Of a stretch of 64,000 bases of DNA, positions 19,527-30,456 are shown one piece after another. The stretch's first letter is position 1; each line of letters begins with the position of its first letter. This stretch comes from Deltaproteobacteria bacterium. GTDB lineage: Bacteria > Myxococcota_A > Polyangia > Polyangiales > Houyiibacteriaceae. Both the position numbers and the translations under genes were made by a program. The stretch is from the NCBI GenBank assembly GCA_034670305.1, contig JAXMNT010000005.1:64001-128000 (forward strand), read 5' to 3'. The notes under the pieces are model-generated. The model was given only the letters and a program-made list of their open reading frames with translations, did no database searches and had not been told where the DNA came from.

Positions 19527-21167
19527 GTGGTAGAACGGCCTGTGGCGTCGCCCATTCTTCGAGCCGTCGGGTCCAAGTCCGACGACGTCGCGCAGCCCTC
19601 CCAGTGGGAACGGGTCGGCGTGCAGCGGCTGGCGTGGGTCACTGGGCTCGCGACCATCAGCGGCGGGCTCGGGTCGCTGTTGGTGCTTCTGCGCCAGCCC
19701 AACCTCGGCATTCGCGCGGGGACCGAGCGCCCGCTGCTCATCCCCGCGGTCTGGGGCGCGCTGTCCCTCTTGACCTGGTTCGCCCTTCGGTCGAACGCGC
19801 TCAAACCGGCGCGCCGGCTCGACCTCGGTCTCGTGTACCTGGTCGTCACGTGTTTCATGGGCGGCCTCTTCCGCCATTGGTTGCCCTACGCGGAGAGCGA
19901 CGTCGTGCGCGGCGCGTCCCCGGTCGCGCTCGCGGTGCTCTTCTTCGCCGCAGTCGTGCCGGTGCCGCCCTTTCGCATGGCCGTTGCGGCCATCGCCGCG
20001 TCGCTCGCCGACGTGCTCGCGCTCGCGTGTGTGAACCAGTGGCTGGTCCAGCCGAGCCCGCCCTGGAACCTCTGGCTCTGGCTCTTCGCCCCCAACGTGT
20101 TCGCGGTCGCCATCGCCATCGTCACCTCCCGCTTTCTTCATCAGTTGGCGGAGACCGTGCGGCGGGTGCGTGAGATGGGCGCCTACCGCTTGGTGAAGAA
20201 GCTCGGCAGCGGCGGCATGGGTGAGGTCTGGCGCGCCGAACACCAGGGCCTGGCGCGCCCGGCCGCGATCAAGTTGGTGCGCGCGGAGTTGCTCGGCGGC
20301 GATCCAGAAAAGGTGCAGCGGCTGCTCACCCGTTTCGAACGCGAGGCGCGCGCGACCGCGGCGCTCACCTCTCCGCACACCATCGCGGTCTACGACTACG
20401 GACGCGCGGAGGACGGAAGCTTCTACTACGTGATGGAGCTGCTCGACGGACTCGACCTCGAGACCCTCGTGGCGCGCCACGGCCGACTGCCTCCCGAGCG
20501 CGCGGTCTACCTGCTCGTCCAGATCTGCGACTCACTCCACGACGCGCATCGGCAGGGCCTCGTGCACCGCGACATCAAACCCGCGAACATCATGATCTGC
20601 CGGCAAGGCGCCGAACGGGACTTCGTGAAGGTGCTCGACTTCGGGTTGGTGAAACTCGAACCCACCGCCCAGTCCTCGGACGACGCGGACGACGAAGCGA
20701 AGTTGACCGCCGAAGGCACCCCGCTCGGCACCCCCGCCTACATGGCGCCCGAGGTCGCGCGCGGGAACGAAGCGACGCCCCTGAGCGATGTGTACGCGTT
20801 CGGCTGCGTCGCGTACTGGCTGCTCGCAGGCCGTCTGGTGTTCGCCGATGCCCGCGGCGCGATGGGCCAGCTCGTCGCCCACGGGCAGGATCCGCCCGAT
20901 TCGATCGCCGACCACGTCGTGCTGAGCGGCGAACTGACCGATCTGGTCATGGCCTGTCTCGAGAAGGACCCCGCGAAGCGACCGTCGAGCATGGCGGTCG
21001 TGCAGCGCCGACTGCGCGACACCGACCTCGCCGAGCGCTGGACCCGGACCCACTCGCACGAGTGGTGGTCGGAGGTCGACCTGCCCGCGCTCATCGAGTC
21101 GGAGGGCGAGCTCGACTCGAGCGACCCGGCGCTGCTCGCGACGATGGAAGCACCCTCGAACGAGTGA
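19527..21167 (+). CDS. Membrane Ser/Thr protein kinase (start approximate)
   Basis: About 6 TM helices, then LGSGGMGEVW, AAIK, HRDIKPAN, DFGL, GTPAYMAPE. Confidence 0.9.
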   Translation: MVERPVASPILRAVGSKSDDVAQPSQWERVGVQRLAWVTGLATISGGLGSLLVLLRQPNLGIRAGTERPLLIPAVWGALSLLTWFALRSNALKPARRLDLGLVYLVVTCFMGGLFRHWLPYAESDVVRGASPVALAVLFFAAVVPVPPFRMAVAAIAASLADVLALACVNQWLVQPSPPWNLWLWLFAPNVFAVAIAIVTSRFLHQLAETVRRVREMGAYRLVKKLGSGGMGEVWRAEHQGLARPAAIKLVRAELLGGDPEKVQRLLTRFEREARATAALTSPHTIAVYDYGRAEDGSFYYVMELLDGLDLETLVARHGRLPPERAVYLLVQICDSLHDAHRQGLVHRDIKPANIMICRQGAERDFVKVLDFGLVKLEPTAQSSDDADDEAKLTAEGTPLGTPAYMAPEVARGNEATPLSDVYAFGCVAYWLLAGRLVFADARGAMGQLVAHGQDPPDSIADHVVLSGELTDLVMACLEKDPAKRPSSMAVVQRRLRDTDLAERWTRTHSHEWWSEVDLPALIESEGELDSSDPALLATMEAPSNE

Positions 21168-21170
21168 GCG

Positions 21171-22364
21171 TCAGGGGCAGCTGATCGCGAGCCCGTACAT
21201 GCCGAGGTCGGTCGAGCTTCCGAAAGCACTCGCCACCGCGTAGACCGCCTCGCCAGGACGCAGGGTGTGCACGATGCGCGCGTCGACCAGGTCGCCGCCG
21301 TCGTCGTTCGCGGCCAGGCACGTCGCGGCGTCGTTGGTGTCGGCGGGTAGTGTCGCGCCGCGGTAGAGCACCAGGAAGGGATCGTCGAGCCACGCGTCGT
21401 TCTCGAAGTCGCCGATCATGTCGATGGTGCAGGTCACGTCGACTGCGCGGTCGTTGCAAATCGCATAGCCCTCGTACTGCCGCGTCACCGGCGTGCGGAT
21501 CAGATCGCACGCGCCCGCCATCTCGTCCCGCGGCCGGGAGAGCGACATGTCTTCGGGCCCGATGCTGCTGTCGAAGCGCATGGAGATCGGCGCGGTGCAC
21601 CCACCGGTGTCGAATCCCATCGGGCCACCGTCGATGCCGCCGTCCGTGCCGCCGTCCGTGCCCCCGTCCGTGCCCCCATCCGTGCCACCGTCCGTGCCCC
21701 CATCCGTGCCACCGTCCGCGCCGGCGTCCGACGTGCCGGCGTCCGCACGCACCTCGAAGTCTCGGCACCCCAGCTCCGGATCGCAGTACTGACCGGAGAG
21801 ACAGGCACCGACCAGCGGCTCTTGCAGGCACACCCCGGCCCGGCACACCGCGCGCACACACAGCTGGGTGGCCATGCATTGAACGTCGGTCGCACACTCG
21901 GGATCGCAGCTCGGTTCGTCGCCTTCGACACACGCCTCAGGCACGCAGCGACCGCCCACGCATTCGGTCGCGTCGAATGCGTCGCCCGCACCCGGGCAAG
22001 TCTGACCGACGCAGCTGCGGGTGATGGTGACGGTGCTCGCCGTCACGCCCTCTACGGTGACCGCGACCCGACGTTCGAACACCAGCCGACGGTCCACGTC
22101 GTCGTAGAACCGAAGCGAGACGTTGGAGAGTTCGGGCGGATCGAAGAAGTGCGCCACCCGCACGCCCGCGATCCAATCGGCGTCTCCGGTCGCGACGACC
22201 GTCTCGGTTCGGTCGCCCTCGACCTCGATCTCCAGAAACCGCCACTCCGCGACCGGCACGAGATCGGTCCGCAGGTCGACCAGCAATTCGCGGGACGGAG
22301 AACTGCACCCGACGGCCATGGCCATCGCGACGTACCCCAGCACCCAGGAACACCTCACCCCCAC
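21171..22364 (-). CDS. Cys-rich lipoprotein with (DGGT)n linker and PPC-like C-terminal domain (start uncertain)
   Basis: Lipobox AVGC, Cys clusters, DPFLVLY...LAANDD motif. Confidence 0.7.
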   Translation of the reverse strand: MGVRCSWVLGYVAMAMAVGCSSPSRELLVDLRTDLVPVAEWRFLEIEVEGDRTETVVATGDADWIAGVRVAHFFDPPELSNVSLRFYDDVDRRLVFERRVAVTVEGVTASTVTITRSCVGQTCPGAGDAFDATECVGGRCVPEACVEGDEPSCDPECATDVQCMATQLCVRAVCRAGVCLQEPLVGACLSGQYCDPELGCRDFEVRADAGTSDAGADGGTDGGTDGGTDGGTDGGTDGGTDGGIDGGPMGFDTGGCTAPISMRFDSSIGPEDMSLSRPRDEMAGACDLIRTPVTRQYEGYAICNDRAVDVTCTIDMIGDFENDAWLDDPFLVLYRGATLPADTNDAATCLAANDDGGDLVDARIVHTLRPGEAVYAVASAFGSSTDLGMYGLAISCP

Positions 22365-22509
22365 AGAATGCCGGACTTCGGTCGGGGGCGGTAGGAAGCG
22401 GCGCTGGGGCACGGTCGCCGCGTCGACGGATCAGCGGTCGGGTCGGCTTCGATCGCGCTCGCCGCGTGGACGGATCAGCGCTTTGATCGCGCTCGGCGGC
22501 TCGTCCCCG

Positions 22510-23013
22510 TCAACCCGAAGCACGCGGCGTGCGGACGATGCGCGCGAACGCCACCGAGAGCGCGTGCCCCGCCCAGACTCCGAACAGGGCGCCCGTCCCG
22601 AGTTGCAACCACCACGCGTCGAGTGCGTGACCCGCGGGCACGAGCACGTGCACGAAGATGGGCGCCGCGAAGAGCAGCCACGGTTTCCAGTGGGCGGGGT
22701 CGGCCACCGGCCAGGACCGGCGCACCGCCGCAGTGCACAGGGCCCCAAGCGCGATCCCAGCATAGATCCCGACGCACCGATGACAGAGACACATCGGCGC
22801 GCCTGCGACCCAGAAACATCGGCTCGGCTCCTGATGACAGAACATCGAGAGCAGCGCGCGCAGCGTGCCGGCGCCCGCAGAATGCGGGAACCACGCGGCG
22901 TAAACCAACCCGCCGAGCAGCGGCGCCATCGCGAGCGCCAGTCCCCCACCAGTCCATCCCGAACCGGGCTCCGCGCGCCAGCGACTCATACGTTCGGTGT
23001 CCTCGCGCGCCAT
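22510..23013 (-). CDS. DUF2085-family membrane protein
   Basis: CHQEPSRCF...PMCLCHRCVGIYAG motif. Confidence 0.75.
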   Translation of the reverse strand: MAREDTERMSRWRAEPGSGWTGGGLALAMAPLLGGLVYAAWFPHSAGAGTLRALLSMFCHQEPSRCFWVAGAPMCLCHRCVGIYAGIALGALCTAAVRRSWPVADPAHWKPWLLFAAPIFVHVLVPAGHALDAWWLQLGTGALFGVWAGHALSVAFARIVRTPRASG

Positions 23014-23017
23014 CGAC

Positions 23018-25300
23018 TCACCGGACGTTCGGTGTCCTGGCGCGCACCACGACCCCGTCGCCGATCGTCGCGCTCTTCTCGGGATCGCAATCCAGCAGCA
23101 CGACGTGCGACCCGGCTTCGACCCAGATCGGTTCCTTGCTCGTGCACCGCACGAGGATGAGCGTGGAGCGGCCACTGACCCGCACCCCGCCCTGCACGAG
23201 CTCGCAGTCGACGAGCAGCGCCTGACCACCGCGCTCGAGCCGCACCGCCGCATCCTCCACCACACCCCAGGTGCCGCCGTACGCACACTCGGTGCAGACG
23301 ACGACCGCGTCGTCGACCAAGAGCCCGGGCAGGGGCCAATCGTCCCGCGGGTTGTGGGTCTGAAACCCCGTCTTGCGCTCCTTGCGATGGCGCACCACCG
23401 GGGCGGGCGCGAGCCATGGGGGCGCCTCACGGGCCAGGGGTTCGCCGAGAAACGCCAGCGCGTCGTCCATGCTTCCGCTGTCGGCCATGGCCTTGGCCGG
23501 TTGCCACCGATGCAGCGCATCGAAGCGCCGACTGCACAGCCACACGCCGCGATCGTCCGCGAAGCCACGCCGCACCACCGCGTGCGGGTAGGGCGTGCGG
23601 CTGGGCGCGAGCAGTTGTTCCATGTGTTCCTCGCTCTCGCTCAAGAGCCGGACGACGTCGCCTCCGCCCACCCAGAACAAACCCCGCGGCGGCGACTCGA
23701 ACCCGACCGAGGTCGGCCGCAGCAGCGCCGCGGTCTCGCACTGCCAATCGATGACGAAGTCGAACGGAAGCTCGGTCCGCTGAAGCGACCCGCCCGCACC
23801 CGCGCGAAAGAGGGTGTGCCCGGCGCGCATGTGAGACGCCGCGGGCCAGCCGTACAGATGGCCGGGGAGGTGGCCCACCTGGAGACTCCCCGACTTCTCC
23901 CCACACGCGAGCAACCCTTCCGAACCCACGTAGGCCCACGCGCCGTAGCCGAAGATCGCGCCCTCGCCGAAGCGCACGCACGTCTGGTAGGACACCCCGT
24001 CTGGAAGCGGGACCACCCCGAGGGGCGCGCCTTCGGCGTCGAAGCGCTCAACGCCCGTCTTCGCACCGACGAGCAGACAGCCGGGATTCGCGCCTGCGGA
24101 AGCGACGGTCATCAGGTCTCCGCGTGCGCAGAGCAGCTCGGGCGGCTCGTGGGGCCGGCTGACCGAGAGCCCTTTCGCGTTGGTGAAGTAGAGCGCGTTG
24201 CGGTGCACCGTCCAACCCCGCGCCGCGAGGAAGCGGTACACCTGGTGTTCCCCCGTCGCCAGGTGCAGCCAGTGCAGCGTGCACTCCTCCGTGTTGCGCG
24301 GCTCCGGACCGCAACTCACGAGCCAGCCATCGATCACGAGCGGCTCGTAGCCGCGGAGCAACCCCGCCTCTCCGATCGCAATGCGCGCGCTGGCCGAATC
24401 GAATCCATCCTGCCCGGCCGCCCGCACTGCGTTTCGGAGAGACAGCGCCGCGTGTCGGGTGGGCGGCTCGCAGCTCGGGACCGCGGCCGAATCCAGGTGC
24501 AGCGGCACCTCGACGATCTCCTTTCGGCCGAACAACACGAGCGTGTCTCCGCGGCGCTCGAAGAACTCGAACGTGGCGCCGCCGTTGCGGTGCGGCTCTG
24601 TCGGATCCGTCGGGTAGAGCTCCACGAACGCGGTGCCGATCGGGGTCCCATCGAAGTGCGCGACGAAGAGGCTGAGCCGCCCGTTGAGAAACGCGCACAC
24701 CGCGATCTCCGCGTTCTCCGCATCGCGAATCGGCTCGAGCAGCGCCAACCGCCAGTTCGGCGACATCGGCAGGTCGAGCGTTCGCGACACCGCGCCCTCG
24801 TTCCACCAGGCGAGCCAGTGCCGATCCTTCTCCCGGTCGTACATGAGCAACAGGAGTGCGTCGCCGCGCCGGATCATCTGGGTGCACTGGATCTGCGCTG
24901 TCGTCTGGGTCTCTGGGCCGCGGTCTGGATCCAGGTCGAAGCGTTCCGGGTGCGCGATGTTGCCGAGCGGATCGATCGTCCGCCCGCCCCGCGCGACGAG
25001 CGCCTTCACCAGCGCCCGGCGCCACCTCGGATCTCGCAGCGTGCCATCGCGCAATCGTGCGTCGACGTCTTCGCGCGCCACGATCGCGGTCGCCCAGACA
25101 TCCAAGAGGTCCGGCGGCACCGCCTGGAGCGTCAGCGCCTCGTCCACCGCCGCCGCGTCCGGGGGCGTCGGCCCGTCGTACGAGACCACCACGTCCGTGC
25201 CGAGCAACGTCCCCGTCCAGCTGGCTTCCGGCGCACCGAGCTTCCACATGGCTTGAGCGTCGCACGTCCGCGCGGGTCCGCCGGGCGTGAAGTTGCGCAC
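23018..25300 (-). CDS. Hypothetical protein, ~745-760 aa (start 25300 or 25249)
   Basis: Long ORF with normal codon bias; no recognisable family. Confidence 0.65.
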   Translation of the reverse strand: MRNFTPGGPARTCDAQAMWKLGAPEASWTGTLLGTDVVVSYDGPTPPDAAAVDEALTLQAVPPDLLDVWATAIVAREDVDARLRDGTLRDPRWRRALVKALVARGGRTIDPLGNIAHPERFDLDPDRGPETQTTAQIQCTQMIRRGDALLLLMYDREKDRHWLAWWNEGAVSRTLDLPMSPNWRLALLEPIRDAENAEIAVCAFLNGRLSLFVAHFDGTPIGTAFVELYPTDPTEPHRNGGATFEFFERRGDTLVLFGRKEIVEVPLHLDSAAVPSCEPPTRHAALSLRNAVRAAGQDGFDSASARIAIGEAGLLRGYEPLVIDGWLVSCGPEPRNTEECTLHWLHLATGEHQVYRFLAARGWTVHRNALYFTNAKGLSVSRPHEPPELLCARGDLMTVASAGANPGCLLVGAKTGVERFDAEGAPLGVVPLPDGVSYQTCVRFGEGAIFGYGAWAYVGSEGLLACGEKSGSLQVGHLPGHLYGWPAASHMRAGHTLFRAGAGGSLQRTELPFDFVIDWQCETAALLRPTSVGFESPPRGLFWVGGGDVVRLLSESEEHMEQLLAPSRTPYPHAVVRRGFADDRGVWLCSRRFDALHRWQPAKAMADSGSMDDALAFLGEPLAREAPPWLAPAPVVRHRKERKTGFQTHNPRDDWPLPGLLVDDAVVVCTECAYGGTWGVVEDAAVRLERGGQALLVDCELVQGGVRVSGRSTLILVRCTSKEPIWVEAGSHVVLLDCDPEKSATIGDGVVVRARTPNVR

Positions 25301-25344
25301 GCGCCCGCGCTACCCATCGGCCCGCACTGCTCTACGATGGGTGC

Positions 25345-26001
25345 ATGTTCGGAGCGTTCAAGAAGATGAAGACCCAGATGCCCACCCCCGCCGACGCGCT
25401 GCCTGGCCGCACCGAAGCGATCCCCGTCCCCGAGAAACACTTCGTGCTCGGCACCCGGCTCTCGCCTCCGTGGCCCGAAGGGCACGAGGTCGCGATGTTC
25501 GGGCTCGGGTGCTTCTGGGGCGCCGAGCGGAAGTTCTGGCAGATCGACTCGGGCGTGTACTCGACCCAGGTCGGCTACTCCGCTGGCTACACGCAGAACG
25601 CGACCTACGAAGAGGTGTGCTCCGGTCGCACCGGCCACAACGAAGTCGTGCAAGTCGTGTTCGATCCCGCGACGATCTCGTTCGACGCGCTCGTCCGCAT
25701 CTTCTTCGAGAGCCACGACCCAACCCAGGGCATGGCGCAGGGCAACGACGTCGGCACCCAGTACCGCAGCGGCATCTACGTCTTTGGCGCCGAACAGCGA
25801 AAGACGGCCGAGTCGGTCCGCGACGCGTACCAGACCAAGCTGACCGAAGCCGGACACGGCGCGATCACCACCGAGATCAAAGACGCCGGCGCCTTCTACT
25901 ACGCCGAGGCCTACCACCAGCAGTACCTCGGCAAGAACCCCGGCGGCTACTGCGGCCTCGGCGGCACCGGCGTCGCCTGCCCCGCCCCGCTCGCGACCTG
26001 A
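25345..26001 (+). CDS. msrA: Peptide methionine sulfoxide reductase MsrA
   Basis: [36 protein letters not shown]. Confidence 0.97.
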   Translation: MFGAFKKMKTQMPTPADALPGRTEAIPVPEKHFVLGTRLSPPWPEGHEVAMFGLGCFWGAERKFWQIDSGVYSTQVGYSAGYTQNATYEEVCSGRTGHNEVVQVVFDPATISFDALVRIFFESHDPTQGMAQGNDVGTQYRSGIYVFGAEQRKTAESVRDAYQTKLTEAGHGAITTEIKDAGAFYYAEAYHQQYLGKNPGGYCGLGGTGVACPAPLAT

Positions 26002-26007
26002 CCACGG

Positions 26008-26325
26008 TTTCGGCTTCGGGTTCGGGATCGGCTTCGGGATCGGCTTCGGCGTCGGATTCGGGATCGGCTTCGGATTCGGCTTCGGATTCGGCTTCGGCTT
26101 CGGGATCGGCTTCGGATTCGGATTCGGCTTCGGGATCGGCTTCGGCTTCGGGATCGGCTTCGGCTTCGGCTTCGGCTTCGGCTTCGGCGTCGGATTCCGC
26201 TGCCGCGTCCGCTGGCGCTGCCGCTTCCGCTTCCGCTTCCGCTGCCGCTTCCGTTTCCGCTTTCCGCTTTCCGCTTCCGCTCCCGCTTCCGCTTTCCGCT
26301 CCCGCTCCCGCCGCTCTCCGCTCCC
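26008..26325. repeat. (TCGGCT/TCGGAT)n followed by (CCGCTT)n tract
   Basis: Directly visible; between convergent genes. Confidence 0.95.
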
Positions 26326-26336
26326 GCGCGTGGCCG

Positions 26337-27551
26337 TCAGTCCTCCGACGCGGCTCGGAAAATGCTGCGCGCCATCAAGCTGCGTTCGGTCTGGGACCGC
26401 TTGGCGTAGATCTCGCCGCGGCGCTTCCGGATCGCCGCATCGTCCGACGCGCGCACCGCCATCTCCGCCAGATGACACGCGAGCCGGTGGTCGCCCGCTT
26501 CGCTCAGCGCGGTCGCGCGTTCGATGAGCACCGACGCACCCCCGGCCAGCGCTGCGATCTCCGCAGCCAACTTGTCCGGCGCAGCCGGCTTGAGCGACGA
26601 GGGATCGCCGTCCCACCAGCCGCCCCAAAGCCGCCAGAGGTTCTGCACCACGAACTCCGGTTCGTCGTAGATCGGCCGCAAGTACGGCCGCGCCAAGAGG
26701 TGTTCCGGCGCTTCGACGCTGTGCACGATCTCCGCGAGCGGTGCGCCTTCGTTCATCTTCGCCAGCACCTGTTCGCACAGCGACTCGAGCAGCTCCGCCG
26801 TCTCGGTGAGGGCCCGCTCGACCCGGTCTTCGCCGACGATCGGAACCCCGTGTCCGGGCAGGAGCGTCTTCGGCCGCAGCGCCGCCATCTTGCGCAGCGC
26901 ACACGCCCACTCCCAGGGGTAGCGCTGCGCTTTCTGCGGGTTGCCGCAGTTGGGCGACGCCCAGATGAAGAGATCTCCGGTGCAGAGCAGCCGTCGATCT
27001 GGCCACCACATCCACACGTGGTCGTCGGTCTCGCCACGGTCGTGGTGGAGCTCGAACGTCTCGCCCCCGAGCTCGAGCGTGCGGTGGTCGCTCAGGGTCT
27101 CGTCCGGGTAACGGTAGTCGGTCGGCCACTGCAAGCCTGGCGTCCGGAACTGACGCGCGTTGATGCGCCCGTTGTAGCCCGCGGTGCGCTTGTAGCGGTC
27201 GAACCGGCGCGGGCAGTTCTCATGCGCCAGCACCTGCACGCCGGAGGTGTCGCCCCACGCGCCAATCCCCATCACGTGGTCGACGTGGCCGTGGGTGTAG
27301 ACGACGGTGTGGAGCGGCTCGGAGCTCCACCCTTCGATCGACGACTTCGCGAGCGGCCCCGTGAAGAGCGAGCTCGTGTCGACGAGCAAGAGCCCCTTCG
27401 CGGTCTCGATCGCGGAGACGTTCCCGAGCGACGCGAAGTAGCCGACGCCCGGTTCGATCTCCCCGAAGCCGAGCATCATCGAGGTGACCGGATCCCCGTC
27501 GATGCTGCGCTCCCCGGTCCAGAGCGCGTCGGAGACCTCGAGCAGATTCAT
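26337..27551 (-). CDS. Alkyl-sulfatase-like MBL-fold hydrolase with dimerisation domain
   Basis: THGHVDH, GETDDH, GDLF...[30 protein letters not shown]. Confidence 0.88.
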   Translation of the reverse strand: MNLLEVSDALWTGERSIDGDPVTSMMLGFGEIEPGVGYFASLGNVSAIETAKGLLLVDTSSLFTGPLAKSSIEGWSSEPLHTVVYTHGHVDHVMGIGAWGDTSGVQVLAHENCPRRFDRYKRTAGYNGRINARQFRTPGLQWPTDYRYPDETLSDHRTLELGGETFELHHDRGETDDHVWMWWPDRRLLCTGDLFIWASPNCGNPQKAQRYPWEWACALRKMAALRPKTLLPGHGVPIVGEDRVERALTETAELLESLCEQVLAKMNEGAPLAEIVHSVEAPEHLLARPYLRPIYDEPEFVVQNLWRLWGGWWDGDPSSLKPAAPDKLAAEIAALAGGASVLIERATALSEAGDHRLACHLAEMAVRASDDAAIRKRRGEIYAKRSQTERSLMARSIFRAASED

Positions 27552-27587
27552 GCAAACGTTCTACCGGGTCGGGCGGCCCGTGGCGAC

Positions 27588-28448
27588 TCAGCTGGCTGTG
27601 GCGTCGATCTCTTTGGCTTCGGAGGCGACGAGGCCAGCGGCGGCGGCGAGTGCCACGAAGGTCGAGACCACGAGCAGCAGCACCGGGACGTGGCCGAGGC
27701 CGGGCGCGGTGGAGTTGAGGCCGGGGACCTCGAGCAGGCGCGATGGCAACAAGAGCGGCACCGCGTTGTGCGCCGCGTGGATCACGATGCAGGGCAGGAT
27801 CGTGACGCTGCGCAGGCGGATGGCTCCGAGCAGCAGCCCGGCCACGAGCGCGGGCACCGCGGCCTCGAGCCGAAAGTGCACCACCCCGAAGAAGAGCGCG
27901 CTGTACACGACCGCGCCCACCGCGCCGTAGCGGATGCGCAGCTTGGCGAGCAGCAGCCCACGGAAGAACGCTTCTTCTAGGATCGGGGCGCCGACCACCA
28001 GCGCGAAGACGGTGAGCGCGCCCCGAACCGGGTCGGTGGGCTCGAGGATGTACCGAAGCTGGATCAACCGCGCCGGGTCGTAGCCAAAGATCATGCGCGT
28101 GGTGTTCGAGAGTTCCGCGAGCGGAAACTGAAGCGCCACCCCAAGCACCACCGCAAACGCGACCGTCGTCGTGCGCGCCCGCAAATGGATCACGGTCTGG
28201 CGGCCCGCGAGGATCGTGACCGCGAGCAGCACCCCGCCGTAGCCAAACATCTGCGTGAGCATCTGACCGAACGGGCGCGCCGACAGCTCCGCGAACGCGT
28301 CGATCCACGCCATGTCTTTGCTGATGGATCGCCCGAGCGACATCACCACCTGCATGCCGAGCCCTGCGCCTACCGCGGCCAGCGTCCAAAGCGTCGCCCG
28401 AGCCAACGTCGCCCCAGCATCGGGCGGTTCGATCAACTCCTCAGCCAC
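27588..28448 (-). CDS. CPBP (CAAX/Abi) intramembrane metalloprotease
   Basis: EEAFFRG, FGVVH, HAAHN motifs. Confidence 0.88.
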   Translation of the reverse strand: MAEELIEPPDAGATLARATLWTLAAVGAGLGMQVVMSLGRSISKDMAWIDAFAELSARPFGQMLTQMFGYGGVLLAVTILAGRQTVIHLRARTTTVAFAVVLGVALQFPLAELSNTTRMIFGYDPARLIQLRYILEPTDPVRGALTVFALVVGAPILEEAFFRGLLLAKLRIRYGAVGAVVYSALFFGVVHFRLEAAVPALVAGLLLGAIRLRSVTILPCIVIHAAHNAVPLLLPSRLLEVPGLNSTAPGLGHVPVLLLVVSTFVALAAAAGLVASEAKEIDATAS

Positions 28449-28530
28449 CGCCCACCATACCTCTCCCCCTGAGCCGCGCACGCGTGCACACCAGCCTCGC
28501 GAAGCGAGCCAGGCCCGTGTGGCAGCAAAC

Positions 28531-29490
28531 TCAAGTCACGTAGATGACGACGACGACGGCGATGGCCCACATCGCGAGGTTGAGCAGGAAGGGCCAGTCT
28601 TTCAGCATCTGCTCGGTCGGGCTGTCCGCGTCCGACTTGTTCCGCACCAGATCCAAAAACCGGATCACCCCGAATTCCGCGAAGACGATGGTGCCCGCGA
28701 GGTAGTCGGTGCCGAAGAACGCGCGCGTGGTCGGGTCAAGCGTGTAGAGCACGTAGGTCAGCGTGGTCGCGAGCGCCGTCAGCTGCAGCAACACCATCAA
28801 GGTCTTGTCGCTGTACTTCTCGAGCACCTTGCGGGTCTTGCCAGCTTTGCCGCTCGCCTGGGATTGACGGAGCTCGTGCATGCGTTTGCCGAACCCGAGA
28901 AAGAGGCTGAGCAGCAGCGTGACCACCAACAAGTAGACGGAGGGCCGCACCGCGAGCGCGAAGCTCCCGCAGAGCACCCGCAGCTCGAACCCCGCCGCGA
29001 TGCAGAGCACGTCGACGTACGGCACCCGCTTGAGCGAGAACGTGTAGGCGACCTGCAGCACGATGTAGCCGGCGATCGCCCCAAGCACCCAGGGCCCGAG
29101 CAAAAACGCACCGGTGCACGCTGCCAACATCAAGACGCCGGTGGCGATCTTGGCGGCCTGCACGCTGACCACGCCAGCGGCGATCGGCCGGTGGCGCTTG
29201 GTCGCGTGCGCCCGGTCGGACTCGACGTCCGCCAGGTCGTTCATCAAGTAGATCGAGCTGGCCGCAAACGAGAAGAGGCCAAACGCGATGGCGCTCCTCG
29301 TCATCATCTCGACGTCGCCGAGCCCCTTGGCGAACACGAGCGGCGCGACCACGAATGCGTTCTTCACCCACTGGTGCGGACGCATCGCTTTGAGCAACCC
29401 CGCCACGGGTCCCGTCCGCGGCCGGGACGGAGCTTCGTCGGTGGCATGGTCGGCCACCTCGCTGACAGGCTCGCTCACGGACCCCGCCAT
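28531..29490 (-). CDS. UbiA-family prenyltransferase (decaprenyl-phosphate phosphoribosyltransferase-like)
   Basis: MRPHQWVKN, YLMNDLADVESDRAH..KRHRPIAAG, GFGKR. Confidence 0.9.
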   Translation of the reverse strand: MAGSVSEPVSEVADHATDEAPSRPRTGPVAGLLKAMRPHQWVKNAFVVAPLVFAKGLGDVEMMTRSAIAFGLFSFAASSIYLMNDLADVESDRAHATKRHRPIAAGVVSVQAAKIATGVLMLAACTGAFLLGPWVLGAIAGYIVLQVAYTFSLKRVPYVDVLCIAAGFELRVLCGSFALAVRPSVYLLVVTLLLSLFLGFGKRMHELRQSQASGKAGKTRKVLEKYSDKTLMVLLQLTALATTLTYVLYTLDPTTRAFFGTDYLAGTIVFAEFGVIRFLDLVRNKSDADSPTEQMLKDWPFLLNLAMWAIAVVVVIYVT

Positions 29491-29602
29491 GCCGCAGGAG
29501 TGCGTTTCTGACAAGTCGACGGCCCGGTTGTCGGCTCCCACGGGCAACTCGAGATCGGCAAAGCCGCGAAGAACAAGCTGGCGCTCGAAGGGCTGTAGCG
29601 GC

Positions 29603-30376
29603 CTATGCGGCGCGCTGGGCGCGCTCGGCGCGGTGCTCGCGGAACATGCGGAGCGCGAACTGCCCAGCCGGATGGGCGCGGTACCGCTCCACGTGCGCGC
29701 GCAATCCGCCGTCGAGCTCTTCTGGGCGCATCAGGGTGGCGCCGTACTCCGGCGGCATGACCACGATGGAGAAGAGCGACGCGAAGCTCAGATCCGCGAT
29801 GGTGAACCGATCGCCGACCAGGTAACGGCGACCATCCGAGAGCCGCTCGGCGACCTCGTCCGCGATCGCGTCCACCTTCTGCACGGAGCGCGCGCAGCCC
29901 TCCTCGGTGATGCGCAGCGACTTGCGGAGCACCTTCTCCAGCACCGGGAGCGCAGTGACGAAGAGCCGCGCCTGCGTGGCCCCGACGTTCTCCCGCGCCA
30001 GCCGCTCGAGCCGCGGCCGATCCGGCAGCGCGTACCAGTAGACGATGCGCCGGGTGTGGGCGCCGAGGTTCTCCGAGAAGTGCCGGTCGAGTGCCTCGGC
30101 CTCCTCGAGCTCGAACAAGCTCGGATCCGCGTAACGGGCGATCTCGGTGCTGTCGGCCCAGCGGCTGCCGCCTTGGCCGACCAAGAGCGGCGTCGAGAAA
30201 CGCGTCGAAGTGCCATCGGTCGCTCCGTTGCCGGTCCCAAGAAGCGCGCGCGCCGCGAACGGGAAATGGAACGCCGGCATGTAGCCGTGCTCCCGGTACG
30301 CGACGCCCCCACGGTCGAGCGCCCAGCGGGCCTTCTCGCAGTAGTGGGAGATCTTGATCGTGATGAGCTCGTGCAT
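29603..30376 (-). CDS. Glutathione S-transferase family protein
   Basis: SHYCEKARWALD, DSTEI, YLVGDRFTIADL. Confidence 0.88.
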   Translation of the reverse strand: MHELITIKISHYCEKARWALDRGGVAYREHGYMPAFHFPFAARALLGTGNGATDGTSTRFSTPLLVGQGGSRWADSTEIARYADPSLFELEEAEALDRHFSENLGAHTRRIVYWYALPDRPRLERLARENVGATQARLFVTALPVLEKVLRKSLRITEEGCARSVQKVDAIADEVAERLSDGRRYLVGDRFTIADLSFASLFSIVVMPPEYGATLMRPEELDGGLRAHVERYRAHPAGQFALRMFREHRAERAQRAA

Positions 30377-30456
30377 GCGACGCAGCGTGTGGGCAATCGG
30401 GTGCAAAGGAAAGTGGGATGGGGTGCGTTCTTCGGCCAGCTGATCCACCATCGGGC

